Positions 1 through 10,044 of a stretch of 64,000 bases of DNA are shown piece after piece. The DNA is from Thermodesulfovibrionia bacterium. GTDB taxonomy: Bacteria > Nitrospirota > Thermodesulfovibrionia > UBA6902. The notes under the pieces are model-generated. The model saw nothing but the letters and a program-made list of their open reading frames with translations. It made no database searches and was not told where the DNA came from. The stretch is taken from assembly GCA_947259645.1 (NCBI GenBank), contig CAMYND010000009.1, forward strand, positions 7,241 to 71,240, written 5' to 3'. The stretch's first letter is position 1; each line of letters begins with the position of its first letter. The translations under genes and the position numbers were made by a program.

Positions 1-191
1 CTTTTTTAATAACATCTGTATTATTCGGGAGTGAACACCACCTCTGGCTTGCCGGTATAATGGCCGGAGTTTTGTATAACTGCCTGCTCTACTGGAGTAA
101 AAATATCTCTGTCTGTATTTTTGCCCATGGGGTAACAAACCTTTTACTTGGCATATATGTAGTAAAGACAGGGAGCTGGCAGTTCTGGTAG
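1..191 (+). CDS. CPBP-family intramembrane protease (CAAX-protease-like), C-terminal fragment; 5' end lies outside the window
   Basis: Frame ending at TAG 189-191 translates to ...LFGSEHHLWL...YWSKNISVCIFAHGVTNLLLG. This matches CPBP motif 2 (FxxxH) and motif 3 (HxxxN). Confidence 0.55.
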   Translation, partial: FLITSVLFGSEHHLWLAGIMAGVLYNCLLYWSKNISVCIFAHGVTNLLLGIYVVKTGSWQFW

Positions 192-294
192 AAGGCAAGG
201 TATAACCCCACCTATCCATAGTAGCGGCCTCTATTTCCTTCTTGTAAAAGGAGAGATGACGTGGTAATAATTAAAGGAGAAGGAAAGGAGTGAG

Positions 295-789
295 ATGATG
301 ATAATTACAAAAAAATATAGGTGCAAAGCGATTGTGCTTCTGCTGTTAACATTCAGTATGTCCTGTGCTACAGGAAACTTTCTGAAGACTGAGGTTATGA
401 CAGAACCTGACATCAAGGGAAACTACACGGTATTCCTCTATGATGAAGGCTGGCTGAAGAAAGTAGCTGTTCTGGATCTGGAAGGAGATGATTACGAATT
501 TCAGATACTGGGCAGCACACATAACTATAGCGTTACCAATAATGTTCCTGCTGATACAGCATTAAAGGAAAGTCTCATGTTCCTCAATACAATGCAGGTC
601 AAGCTGCGGAAGGTCCTCAGTGAAGAAGGAAGGGTGGTCGGTTATCAATTAACGCCTCAATTTCAGATAACCCGCTTTGGCACTGCGGAGATATTTGAAA
701 ACTATTACCGGGTGGACAACAGGAACGTTTATGTCTCAATCGGCCTGAAGCATTCTGTTGAAAAATCATATAAGAGAAGATTATATTGA
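295..789 (+). CDS. hypothetical secreted/lipoprotein
   Basis: 164-aa ORF with an N-terminal hydrophobic signal-like segment ending ...FSMSC. No recognisable catalytic motif. Confidence 0.4.
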   Translation: MMIITKKYRCKAIVLLLLTFSMSCATGNFLKTEVMTEPDIKGNYTVFLYDEGWLKKVAVLDLEGDDYEFQILGSTHNYSVTNNVPADTALKESLMFLNTMQVKLRKVLSEEGRVVGYQLTPQFQITRFGTAEIFENYYRVDNRNVYVSIGLKHSVEKSYKRRLY

Positions 790-879
790 GGTGCTTAGCC
801 GCATATGAGAGAACAGAAAAAAATTGTGATCCGAAAGCGGTGACCCATTAAGCTGAATGTTTCAGGAGATAGAATGGAC

Positions 880-2154
880 TTATTTCTTTCTGGAACTGGC
901 TGCCCGGGCAAGGTAGTTTTTCAGAATTACAGCATCGTAGGGTGAAATGCGCTGGATGATATGAAAGCCGCTCTCAGTTTCAACAATCACCGGGGGAGAG
1001 AATATTTCTTTTTTTGATAAGGCGCTGACGATTTTCGGGTGGAGCTCTGAAGGGGCAATATTGCCTATGAATCCTCCCTTTAATGCGTTTGGACCGGAAG
1101 ATTCTGCGCCGGCTATAAACTCAAACAGTTCTCCTTCAGACATGCGTCCCAGGATTTCTTTAGCCTTTTTTTCGGAATCGACAAGAATCTGCCTGATATA
1201 TAAACCATCTCCGCTTCCGTCCCATGGTTTCACATCCGGCTCCCGGGATACAGTGGTCAACTTGTTAATGATACTTGTGCCCGAGTGACCAAGGTATCGC
1301 GCCATCTTCGCATAAAACCATGCTCTTTCATAGTCCCCTGTTCTGAAGTATAAATCCCCGAGATAAATATACACCTGTGTTAAACTCGGATTAATTCCCA
1401 GTGCTTCAACAAACTGCTCTTTTGATTTCTGCCATTGTTTTGCGGCCAGATAAAGTATTCCAAGCTCTATCCTGAAAACATCAAGGTCCGGCTTCAGTTT
1501 AACAGCCTTTTTCATCTCTTCGATCGATTCCTCAGGGTACCCTGTTATGTACAGAATTTTTGAGAGCTGCCAGTACAGCTCCGGATTATTCGTTCGCCCA
1601 TATTTGATGGCCTGCCGGTATTCTTCCACCGCAAGAAAATGGCGGTCAACTTCCCAGAACTTGTCTCCCTTAGCCTGATGTCGGCTCGCAGCGGCTTCAT
1701 CAATAACTCTTTCTGCCTTCTTTGGTACAATCTTTTCCTTTACCGGTTCTTTTATTGTTTCTGCCGGAACTATTTCCCTGTCTATTGACTTGGTTCCTGA
1801 GTAGAGCTGTATGATACGTTCATTTTTTATGTAGGCTTTCATGATTGCCGCAGGGGAGATTCTTGATTTAACTGAATTGATAAAATTTTGTGCCTCTGAC
1901 TGAGTATCGAAATTTCCGACTCTAATAGCATAGAACTTCCCTATCTTCTCAATTCTGAGGTAGTCGCGCTCATGTTCTTCCAGCTTCTCCAGCATTGTTT
2001 CATAATATCGGAATGAATCTGACTCTCTGGCATAGCTCTGCAACTGAACAGTATAAATTAATTCAGCAGCTTCTGAAATGAGAGGAAGGGAAAACAGAAC
2101 AAGCAGGCACAAGACTGATATTATGCGATTTAAAAGAGGTTTACAAAAGAGCAT
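880..2154 (-). CDS. SPOR domain - TPR repeat - parvulin-type PPIase fusion protein
   Basis: Signal peptide. SPOR-like segment (YTVQLQSYARES...LRIEKIGKFYAIRVGNFDTQSEAQNF). Central TPR-like repeats. C-terminal GGFIGNIAPSELHPKIV...GFHII resembles the PpiC/parvulin rotamase signature. Confidence 0.6.
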   Translation of the reverse strand: MLFCKPLLNRIISVLCLLVLFSLPLISEAAELIYTVQLQSYARESDSFRYYETMLEKLEEHERDYLRIEKIGKFYAIRVGNFDTQSEAQNFINSVKSRISPAAIMKAYIKNERIIQLYSGTKSIDREIVPAETIKEPVKEKIVPKKAERVIDEAAASRHQAKGDKFWEVDRHFLAVEEYRQAIKYGRTNNPELYWQLSKILYITGYPEESIEEMKKAVKLKPDLDVFRIELGILYLAAKQWQKSKEQFVEALGINPSLTQVYIYLGDLYFRTGDYERAWFYAKMARYLGHSGTSIINKLTTVSREPDVKPWDGSGDGLYIRQILVDSEKKAKEILGRMSEGELFEFIAGAESSGPNALKGGFIGNIAPSELHPKIVSALSKKEIFSPPVIVETESGFHIIQRISPYDAVILKNYLARAASSRKK

Positions 2155-2484
2155 AGCAGTTATTCTATAAATTAAAAGTACTTATTGCAAGGTTACCGGT
2201 AATATGCCTGAAATCAGGCCCTGAGCCGCTTTTCGCAGAGAAGAGCACAGCAAATTTCATGTCTGTGAATCAGTTTCACTGCGCCCATGTATGCAGTATA
2301 CTGTTATCTGCAAAGATCCACTGAATGGCTTAGATATTGAACCTGTATCGTAGGGAGGCTATTTGAGCCTGATATGCTAAAGTTTTTCAGGAAAATGCCG
2401 TTAAGAATAAAAAACGTTATAAAATAATGGGTTTAAAAAATAAAGGGTTGACAATCCATCAGTTCAAAGTTTATTTTTAAAACT

Positions 2485-3504
2485 ATGAATAGACGAGAAT
2501 TTCTAAAGATAGCAGCGATTGGCATGGCAGGATGCAGTATGCCCGGGGACTCTTTTGCTTTTATTACAGAGTATGAAAATTATGATGACTATATCAGAGA
2601 TTTTCTCCTCATAGTCAGTCCCCACGATAAACTTGTAAAGGATGATGTTCTGCGCGTTTCAGACTATACACCGCACATGAAAAAATTGGAGAAGTCCCGG
2701 TTCGATGAGGTGTTTGGTGTATGGGATGATCTCTTCCGGATGAATAAGAGTAAAAAAACTAACCTGCAGGACGTGCTGAATATCTCTGATTATCAGAAAA
2801 AAATGAAAAATTTTAATAAACCTCATAAAGATGATATCGTAGTCAGCAGCGCTGACACGAAGACATTTGACTCGCTCATAAAACGAATAATGCGTGTCCA
2901 GAGGATTGTTGGACACGGCCATTTTCAGCTCTACAGCCTCGATGATGCGATTAAGGCGGGGAAGAACTATTCTCGCATTGGACCTTTTTCCAGGGAAGAG
3001 CTCAAGTTCATGGAAACTATTTTCTATAATGATGCGTCCCGGTACGGCTTTTTCGGCCAGAAAACACTGAATAATATTACCGATAAAACTAAGTCAAGGG
3101 ATGTGTTTAAGGTGCCATATACCGGTAACTATATTTACAGAGGGGTGCCCCTGGATATGTACCGCCAGATAGGAAAACAGGTAGGAAAAAACGCAACGCT
3201 TACCTCAGGAGTCCGGGGAATTATGAAGCAGTTCTACCTGTTCCTGAACAAAGCTGCAAAGAACGGAAAAAATCTTTCACTGGCATCCCGCTCCCTTGCA
3301 CCTCCTGGCTATTCATTCCATGGTAACGGTGATTTTGACGTGGGTCAGGTGGGGTTTGGGCTGTCGAATTTTACAGAACGTTTTACGACAACAAATGTGT
3401 TTAAAAGACTTTATGATCTTGGTTACCTGAAGCTTCGATATCCGGAGAAAAACTATCTCGGTGTTCGCTTTGAGCCCTGGCATATCAAGACAAACCAGGT
3501 ATGA
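2485..3504 (+). CDS. Tat-secreted peptidase M15-like (VanY/D-Ala-D-Ala carboxypeptidase family) protein
   Basis: Twin-arginine signal MNRREFLKIAA. SFHGNGDFD resembles the SxHxxGxAxD zinc-binding motif. The C-terminal EPWH motif is typical of M15 peptidases. Confidence 0.5.
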   Translation: MNRREFLKIAAIGMAGCSMPGDSFAFITEYENYDDYIRDFLLIVSPHDKLVKDDVLRVSDYTPHMKKLEKSRFDEVFGVWDDLFRMNKSKKTNLQDVLNISDYQKKMKNFNKPHKDDIVVSSADTKTFDSLIKRIMRVQRIVGHGHFQLYSLDDAIKAGKNYSRIGPFSREELKFMETIFYNDASRYGFFGQKTLNNITDKTKSRDVFKVPYTGNYIYRGVPLDMYRQIGKQVGKNATLTSGVRGIMKQFYLFLNKAAKNGKNLSLASRSLAPPGYSFHGNGDFDVGQVGFGLSNFTERFTTTNVFKRLYDLGYLKLRYPEKNYLGVRFEPWHIKTNQV

Positions 3505-3537
3505 TGTTTCTGCCTGCAAAGAATTATAAGGAGAAGG

Positions 3538-4650
3538 ATGCCCAATAAGAAAAGAAAAGGTTATATCAGATATATTTTTGTACTTCTTTTAATTGTTTCT
3601 TTTTCGCTGTTATCTGAAGGCGATGCATTTTCTGAAGACGTGGAGAAAAAATCGGAAAAAGAATATTGTAATTCTATCAATGATAAGTTCCGGAGTTATG
3701 GATGGAACAAGATCCGTTGTAATCCAAAGAGGTGGAACGTATATGATTACTCTGCCCAGGGGAACCCCCTCATCTACCAGGAATTTGGTTTTAATGACAA
3801 GAACAAGGATGTTCCGGTTAATTTGGTTCTCTGCGGTGTACACGGCGATGAGCCGACCAGTATATACCTCTGTTTTTATCTGACCCGCCACATTCTGTTT
3901 GATAATCCCCGGACAATGGATAACTTCAAAGTGGTTATAGCGCCTGTGGTAAATCCTGATGGGTTCTTTGCCAACACCAGACAAAATGGCAATGGGGTCG
4001 ACGTCAATAGAAATCTTCCGACCGGTGACTGGGAAGAGATGTCCCAGAAAGTATGGGCCCAGTACTCGAATGATAAGCGAAAAAACCCCGGTGAAAAAAG
4101 CGGGTCTGAAATAGAAAGCCAGTTGCAGGCCTATCTGATTGAGAGATATAAACCGGATAAAATCATGTCTGTGCATGCGCCATTGGGCTTCCTGGATTAT
4201 GATGGGCCCGGAGACCAGAAATATTACGACTTGATCCGTGTTGAGCAGAGAGCAAAATATTTAGGGTTAAACATTGAGGCCAATTCCAGAAGATTTGTTA
4301 AATTCGTGGATTACAAATTCTTTCCGGGCTCCCTGGGGAATTATGCAGGTAATGAGAGAAAAATTCCCACCTACACAGTTGAGCTGCCTACGGTGAACAC
4401 CGCCAAAGCGTACACCTACTGGTCATCGCTGAAGTTTGCACTTGTCAAGGCGTTAAGCTTTCAGATCTATGACGAAAACGAAGTGAACCCTTTTTATAGT
4501 CTGCAGCGTTCGCAGCAGGCCTTCAATAAGGAATACAAACTGGTTGCTATTGATGAAGATGATGAAAAAAACAATATGACCAGTAGCAGAAAAGTAAATA
4601 GAACTCCTGAGGGGGAAAAGGGCTCGTACAGAACTTTTTTCATTGAGTGA
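3538..4650 (+). CDS. zinc carboxypeptidase, M14 family (MpaA / gamma-D-Glu-mDAP amidase-like)
   Basis: N-terminal TM/signal. HGDEP zinc-binding motif. VNPDGF and GVDVNRN motifs are characteristic of M14 / succinylglutamate-desuccinylase-type peptidases. Confidence 0.65.
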   Translation: MPNKKRKGYIRYIFVLLLIVSFSLLSEGDAFSEDVEKKSEKEYCNSINDKFRSYGWNKIRCNPKRWNVYDYSAQGNPLIYQEFGFNDKNKDVPVNLVLCGVHGDEPTSIYLCFYLTRHILFDNPRTMDNFKVVIAPVVNPDGFFANTRQNGNGVDVNRNLPTGDWEEMSQKVWAQYSNDKRKNPGEKSGSEIESQLQAYLIERYKPDKIMSVHAPLGFLDYDGPGDQKYYDLIRVEQRAKYLGLNIEANSRRFVKFVDYKFFPGSLGNYAGNERKIPTYTVELPTVNTAKAYTYWSSLKFALVKALSFQIYDENEVNPFYSLQRSQQAFNKEYKLVAIDEDDEKNNMTSSRKVNRTPEGEKGSYRTFFIE

Positions 4651-4719
4651 TTTCAGATAGGCAAAAGAAGGTGTCTGCCGAAGCCGAGGGGCTGATCCTG
4701 ATTTTGCAGAGGTTTTAAC

Positions 4720-6675
4720 GTGAAAATATCTAAACAATCTGCAGTACAATCGATTTGCTTTCTTTTGCTCTTAATCTTTTTCATGCCCCTTGTTGCTCCT
4801 GCGGCGGAACTGGTTTACACAATACAGGTCGGAAGTTTTGCAAATGAAAATGATGCGCGTGAGTCTTATGGGTCTGTATCAGACCAACTGGATGAGAGTC
4901 AGCTTGATCATCTCAGGATAGAGAAGATAGGGCGGTTCTATGCCGTAAGAATCGGTAATTTTGAAAATCAGGAAACCGCAAAAGAGTTTCTTCAGACAGC
5001 AGGTTCGCTTTTTTCTTCATCAACGGTCATGACAGCCTATATTAAACAGGAAAGGCTGGTAGAAATCTATTCCGTTCATACAGCTGACAGGGTTGATCGT
5101 GACGCTGTCCTGAAAGGGGCTGAGCCCGCAGTTCAGGCTGCAGGTGTTCATGCCGCACCTGAGAAAAAACCAGGAGCAGCGCCTCAGACTGAGACAACCG
5201 GATCGAAGGGTGATTCCGGAGAACCTGTGGCTACTAGAGAGGAAACAAGGGTTATTCAGCAGAGTGTCCCGGATTCAGGCAGCGGCAGCGCTGAATTGGG
5301 TTTAAGAGAACCGGCAGAAGCTGAGTCCGGCGGGAATAACCTGAATGTGATACTCCCCCTGGCAGCACTGTTCTTGTTTGCAGGTATTTTTGTTGTCTCA
5401 CGGTTCCTGCGCAGACGGAGATCAAATTATTCGGTTCAGACAGGTTCTTTTTTAAATGAAGAAGATGCCCGGGAAAATTACACCTATCTCGTCAAGATGT
5501 TAAAAGCAGGAGACCTTGAGTCTCTTAGAATCGAAAAGACCGGAAAGAATTACTCAGTGAGGCTCGGAAAATTCAATGATCAGCAGGAAGCTGCGCATCT
5601 TCTTGAAACTATTAAACCGCGTTTCCCCGCTGCCATGACTGTGAAGACCTGCATTAAAGATAACAGGATTGTAACGATGTATGCTGCGCAGTCAGAATCT
5701 GGACAGGCACAAGGAGAGAGCACGAGAGAAGAAATCAGGCAGGTTCATACTGAAGAAAGAGCGCCAGTATCTGCATTTTCTGGTAACCCTGACAGCAGAG
5801 GAGAGGGTGCAGGGCATAATTCAGGAAATGGCGGGGATCCCGTTAAAAAAGATGACGAGCCATTAACAATTAAGGAATGCAAGGATGTTGTTGTGAGAAA
5901 TCCGAAAATGGCTGAGGCCTATAACGCTCTGGGGATTGCTTACAGCAGGGCCGGAATTTATAAATATGCGATTAATGCCTATAAAGATGCCATTAAGATC
6001 AAACCGGACTATGCCGAGGCGTACTGTAATCTTGGCATTGCCTGTAACAAGCTCGGTATGCTGAAGGATGCTGTCAAATCTCATAAAAAGGCCATTAAAA
6101 TTAAGCCTGACTATGCTGAAGCCCATTATAATATCGGGATAGCCTACATCTGGTCGGAAATGTATGATGAGGCAATAAAATCGAGTAAACTGGCTATTCA
6201 GTTAAAGCCGGACTTTGCTGACGCCTTTAACAGCCTCGGAATTGCCTGCAGTAAATCAGGTATGTATAAAAACGCCATAGAAGCTCATAAGCAGGCAGTT
6301 AATATAAAACCGGATTTTGCAGATGCCTATAATAACCTTGGAATCGCCTGCAGCAATTCAGGTATATATAAAGACGCCATTGAATCATATACGCAGGCGA
6401 TTAAAATAAAACCGGATTATGCTGAAGCGCACAACAACCTCGGGATTGCCTATAGCAAGTCCGGGATGTTTCAAGAGGCTATTGAATCCTATAAACGGGC
6501 TGTGGAAATAAAGCCAAACTATGCCGAAGCCCACAATAATCTCGGGATTGCCTACAGTCAGGAAGATCTGATGGATAACGCGATCGAAGCCTATAAAAGG
6601 GCAATTAAAATAAAGCCCAACTATAATGAGGCACGGCTTCATCTTGAGAATGCCTACAGCAAGTCCGGGATATAA
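4720..6675 (+). CDS. tandem SPOR domain - TM - TPR repeat protein
   Basis: GTG start and signal peptide. Two SPOR-like segments (YTIQVGSFANEN...RIEKIGRFYAVRIGNFENQETAKEF and YSVQTGSFLNEE...RIEKTGKNYSVRLGKFNDQQEAAHL). Internal TM segment. About 11 C-terminal TPR repeats (AEAYNNLGIAY... pattern). Confidence 0.65.
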   Translation: MKISKQSAVQSICFLLLLIFFMPLVAPAAELVYTIQVGSFANENDARESYGSVSDQLDESQLDHLRIEKIGRFYAVRIGNFENQETAKEFLQTAGSLFSSSTVMTAYIKQERLVEIYSVHTADRVDRDAVLKGAEPAVQAAGVHAAPEKKPGAAPQTETTGSKGDSGEPVATREETRVIQQSVPDSGSGSAELGLREPAEAESGGNNLNVILPLAALFLFAGIFVVSRFLRRRRSNYSVQTGSFLNEEDARENYTYLVKMLKAGDLESLRIEKTGKNYSVRLGKFNDQQEAAHLLETIKPRFPAAMTVKTCIKDNRIVTMYAAQSESGQAQGESTREEIRQVHTEERAPVSAFSGNPDSRGEGAGHNSGNGGDPVKKDDEPLTIKECKDVVVRNPKMAEAYNALGIAYSRAGIYKYAINAYKDAIKIKPDYAEAYCNLGIACNKLGMLKDAVKSHKKAIKIKPDYAEAHYNIGIAYIWSEMYDEAIKSSKLAIQLKPDFADAFNSLGIACSKSGMYKNAIEAHKQAVNIKPDFADAYNNLGIACSNSGIYKDAIESYTQAIKIKPDYAEAHNNLGIAYSKSGMFQEAIESYKRAVEIKPNYAEAHNNLGIAYSQEDLMDNAIEAYKRAIKIKPNYNEARLHLENAYSKSGI

Positions 6676-7038
6676 AGACCCTCTCATCTCCTTCCGCTAT
6701 TTTCAGAACTGTACTCTGTTACCTTGATCTTATCAGAAAAGATTCTGGCTTTTATTATGCAGGATTGGAATGAGGAGTTCCGTGTGTACAGAAACAGTGG
6801 AATAAAAAAACGAGGATGCTGACATGTTTAGGGGACATGGCTGAAGTTAAAAGGCAGGCTTTTACATCAGTATCAGCATCCTCGTACAGCATTATAACAG
6901 AATAATCTTTTCAATTGCAATTCAAGAAATTATCTTATATTAAGGATGGTTACAGCTGAAATAGTCCGGGGCATCCCGTAACTGGCGGTGTTACACCAGA
7001 GGAATGGCCGTTCTCTCACGGGCTTTTCAGCGGAACCA

Positions 7039-9516
7039 TCAAAACAGTTTCCCGGGCAGCTTCTTAAGCATATCTTCCAGGGGATTTACCGCCTTTTCAG
7101 TGCTGCCTTCCTTTTCCTGGACCTCACCAGGCGGGACTTCTGTGGTATCTTTTTTGAACATCTTGTCGATGAGTTTGTTAACCTTTTTCTCAATTACCTG
7201 TTTGCCGACCCTTGAGATGTCTGCCTCATAAGCGGGGTTGGTAAACGTTCCCTTAATCAGGACGGGTATAGTTCCCCATTCGCCTTCATCCTTTAAGTAT
7301 TTGCCGACCTTTGAGGTAACAGCCTTGCCGGTAAGATGGGGAGAGAGCTTCAGGTCAAAGGCAAGGTCAAGGGTTTCGTCAAGCCCGATATTACCTTTGG
7401 GATCCATCGCAATATCTTTTGATTTAAAAACACTGTCAAGCCTGGCCATTCCATTTCTTATTTTTACCGCACCTTCAGCTTTCGTAAACTCTATCGTTTC
7501 AAGCTCTTTCAGATTAATAAAAAGTGAGAGCCCCTTTGCTATCTCAGCGTCGGATATCTTGCCATCCCTGATATTGAAATCTCCATCTGCAGACAGGTTT
7601 CTTCTGATAGCTGCCGGCAGTGTCCCCCTGCCATCCAGTTTAAGGTTTGAGGTAATCGTGCCAAATACCTTGCCCGCTGCTGCCGGGACAAAAGAATTCA
7701 CCAGTTCAGCGGTATTCAGGGAGTCGATAGTGGCCGCAAGGTTATAGGCATAGCCGGGGGTTGAGAAGTCTACCAGGCTATTTAAAGCAAATTTTCCTTT
7801 TCCGGCGTTGGCCGTCATTGTTGATATCGTCAGCTTATTATCCTTGAAAAGATAGTTCATATAAAAATCGGTCATGTGCATGTTTTTATATATTGCGGAG
7901 TCGATTTTCACCTCTCCCTTTGCCCTCAGTTTCAGATTTAATGGCTCCGGCTCTTTCGCTTCAGCGGGCTTCTTGGACGCGGATTGAGAAGACGGCTTTT
8001 TTGATGCTTCAGGGATGAACTCATCTAGTATCAGTCTCTTTGAATACGCGTTCAGGTTGATATCCTGATTCTTGAATAAATTATTGACAGTACCGGTGAT
8101 ATTGGCTGAATTATTCCCGGACGAACCGGTCAGGTTTATCTGAGCCTTCTGGCCTGTTATCTCTATTTTTCCGTCAATCAGAGCGTTGATATTGTTATAT
8201 TTAATACCGAGCTTTTCCATTGAAATGTTGCCATTTGCATTTAATTCATCCGGTTTTTTCACCAGGCCTTTTACCTTAAGGTCTGCAGCGAGGTGGCCTG
8301 TCAGGTTTAACCCCTCCACCTTAAGAAACGGGGCAAGGAGGGACTGGAGTTTCGCTGTCTCAGCCTTTGGCAACGACAGCGCGATGTTTAATGCGGGGGA
8401 CGTGCGGACATTGTTGATATCTCCTTTTAATGAAAGAGGAACATTATCAAGAACAAGATTTTCCGTGTCTATCTGCAGGTTACCGGAATTAAGGGCCAGT
8501 TTGAGGTTGCCTTTGAGATGTGAGTCGATCTCCTTGTGTGCAACGCCTACATTATCAAATGACAGCGCGCTGTTGATTATCAGGTCATCAAGATTATTTA
8601 CTTTGCCTTTGAGCTTTACATTTCCATCAAGGGCGCCAGACAGGTTTATCTCTTTCATATCAACAAAGAGGGCAGCGAGTTCCTGAATCTCGGCTGTCTT
8701 AACCTTAGGAATCTTGACAGTAATATCAACTTCCGGAGAGGTCTTAAGTTTGCTGACGGATCCTTGTACGGAGGCAGTTATTGCCTGAACTGTTATGTCC
8801 GCCCTGTCGATAAGAACATCATAGGAATTTGTGTCCAGATGAACAGCATAATTGAGGGTGGAAGACAGGTCTCTGAGATGTTTTTCTGATGGTTTTCTCA
8901 GGACTATTTCGTCCAGTTTAATATTTACACTGCCCTCGGTGAAGAGTGTAAAACTGTCAGAACTTTTCATGCTGATATCTATATCTGCTGAACCCCTGAC
9001 ATCCGGGTTTTCTTTCATTAAGTCGCTCATTGACAGCTGAGCATTACTAATCAATATCCTGCTCACCAGCAATGAGATGGGCATGCTCTGATCCGATTGC
9101 TTTTTGGTTCCTTCAGGTTGTTTCAGGGAAGCATCTTTTTTCAGGATATCATCGAAATTATATTTGCCGTCTTTACCGCGCTCCACCCTTACTGACGGGG
9201 ACACAACGTTCAATTTATCAATGATCACCTTTCTTGAAAGCAAAGGAAGTAACTGAAATTTAAGGACAAAATTTTCACATTTGATAAAGTCGGTCTTCTG
9301 GTCAGGTTCCTTGATTGTGAAGTCCTTCAGCCCGATGCCCTTGAAAATATTGATATCAATTTCCCCGATACTTATCTTTCTGTTTAATGTCTGTTCAGCG
9401 ATCGGGATTACGTATTCCTTAACCTTGTCCGGAGTTACATATACCTTTATGAACACCGTAAGCGCGATTCCTGCAACCAGCACAAGGGACAGGGCAATAA
9501 TAATTAGCTTTTTCAT
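7039..9516 (-). CDS. AsmA-family outer-membrane assembly protein (DUF748/AsmA-like)
   Basis: 825 aa. N-terminal single TM (MKKLIIIALSLVLVAGIAL) followed by a long repetitive beta-rich domain, the typical AsmA/TamB-like architecture. Confidence 0.55.
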   Translation of the reverse strand: MKKLIIIALSLVLVAGIALTVFIKVYVTPDKVKEYVIPIAEQTLNRKISIGEIDINIFKGIGLKDFTIKEPDQKTDFIKCENFVLKFQLLPLLSRKVIIDKLNVVSPSVRVERGKDGKYNFDDILKKDASLKQPEGTKKQSDQSMPISLLVSRILISNAQLSMSDLMKENPDVRGSADIDISMKSSDSFTLFTEGSVNIKLDEIVLRKPSEKHLRDLSSTLNYAVHLDTNSYDVLIDRADITVQAITASVQGSVSKLKTSPEVDITVKIPKVKTAEIQELAALFVDMKEINLSGALDGNVKLKGKVNNLDDLIINSALSFDNVGVAHKEIDSHLKGNLKLALNSGNLQIDTENLVLDNVPLSLKGDINNVRTSPALNIALSLPKAETAKLQSLLAPFLKVEGLNLTGHLAADLKVKGLVKKPDELNANGNISMEKLGIKYNNINALIDGKIEITGQKAQINLTGSSGNNSANITGTVNNLFKNQDINLNAYSKRLILDEFIPEASKKPSSQSASKKPAEAKEPEPLNLKLRAKGEVKIDSAIYKNMHMTDFYMNYLFKDNKLTISTMTANAGKGKFALNSLVDFSTPGYAYNLAATIDSLNTAELVNSFVPAAAGKVFGTITSNLKLDGRGTLPAAIRRNLSADGDFNIRDGKISDAEIAKGLSLFINLKELETIEFTKAEGAVKIRNGMARLDSVFKSKDIAMDPKGNIGLDETLDLAFDLKLSPHLTGKAVTSKVGKYLKDEGEWGTIPVLIKGTFTNPAYEADISRVGKQVIEKKVNKLIDKMFKKDTTEVPPGEVQEKEGSTEKAVNPLEDMLKKLPGKLF

Positions 9517-9654
9517 GTTACCTCCTCTGATACAGATTAAAATGTACCATTAAGTACGGTCAGATGCAAGTAATTTTTCTCTATCGGCCTTACCCCAAAA
9601 AGCGGTTAGCGTATCTAAAGAACAGAGCTCAGGCGGATTTTCATATGGTGGAAA

Positions 9655-9692
9655 ATAAAAAACCCCCGTGCCGCAATCGGCACGGGGGCTTT
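9655..9692 (-). terminator. Rho-independent terminator for the minus-strand cytochrome gene(s)
   Basis: On the minus strand CCCCCGTGCCG-attg-CGGCACGGGGG is followed by TTTTTT. It lies just downstream of the 9703-10017 / 10045-11034 genes. Confidence 0.7.
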
Positions 9693-9702
9693 GAAATGGT
9701 TG

Positions 9703-10017
9703 CTACTTATAGTATTTATCGGAACTTTCGACTTTCAGAGTTTTTGACGAAGTCTTGATAGTCTCCCAGTGGTCTGGTTCGCTTTCGAACAGGAAAGCTG
9801 CCTCAATGGTTACTGTCTCAACATCTTTGCCGAGCAGCACTACATTTACTTTATGATCGGGCTTGTCAGGTTCGAGTCCGAGGTTTACGCTTACTGTAGC
9901 CGTAATGTCCCACAGTTTGAGAGCGACATCCTTGTTTCCATCGAACCACAGATTCCAGTTCTGATACTTTCTTCTTTCAGTGTGAATAACATTACCGTTC
10001 TGATCTTTTGCGGTCAC
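9703..10017 (-). CDS. 104-aa ORF lying in-frame directly downstream of the multiheme cytochrome (possible read-through/Sec extension, or a separate small protein)
   Basis: Same reading frame as 10045-11034. The two are separated only by a single TGA and 8 further codons. No Cys or heme motifs in this ORF. Confidence 0.3.
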   Translation of the reverse strand: MTAKDQNGNVIHTERRKYQNWNLWFDGNKDVALKLWDITATVSVNLGLEPDKPDHKVNVVLLGKDVETVTIEAAFLFESEPDHWETIKTSSKTLKVESSDKYYK

Positions 10018-10044
10018 TTCCAGTGCCGCCTGAGGTATGTATAC

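Noticed and set aside
3610-4176. 188-aa minus-strand ORF inside the M14 peptidase gene, and similar antisense or shadow ORFs elsewhere (7238-7747, 8186-8686, 14328-14816, 15262-15625, 35491-35952, 55203-56519, 60278-61485 and others)
   Set aside because: Each lies entirely within a longer ORF on the opposite strand that has clear family motifs. Their composition is typical of antisense shadow frames, and none has a motif or RBS of its own.
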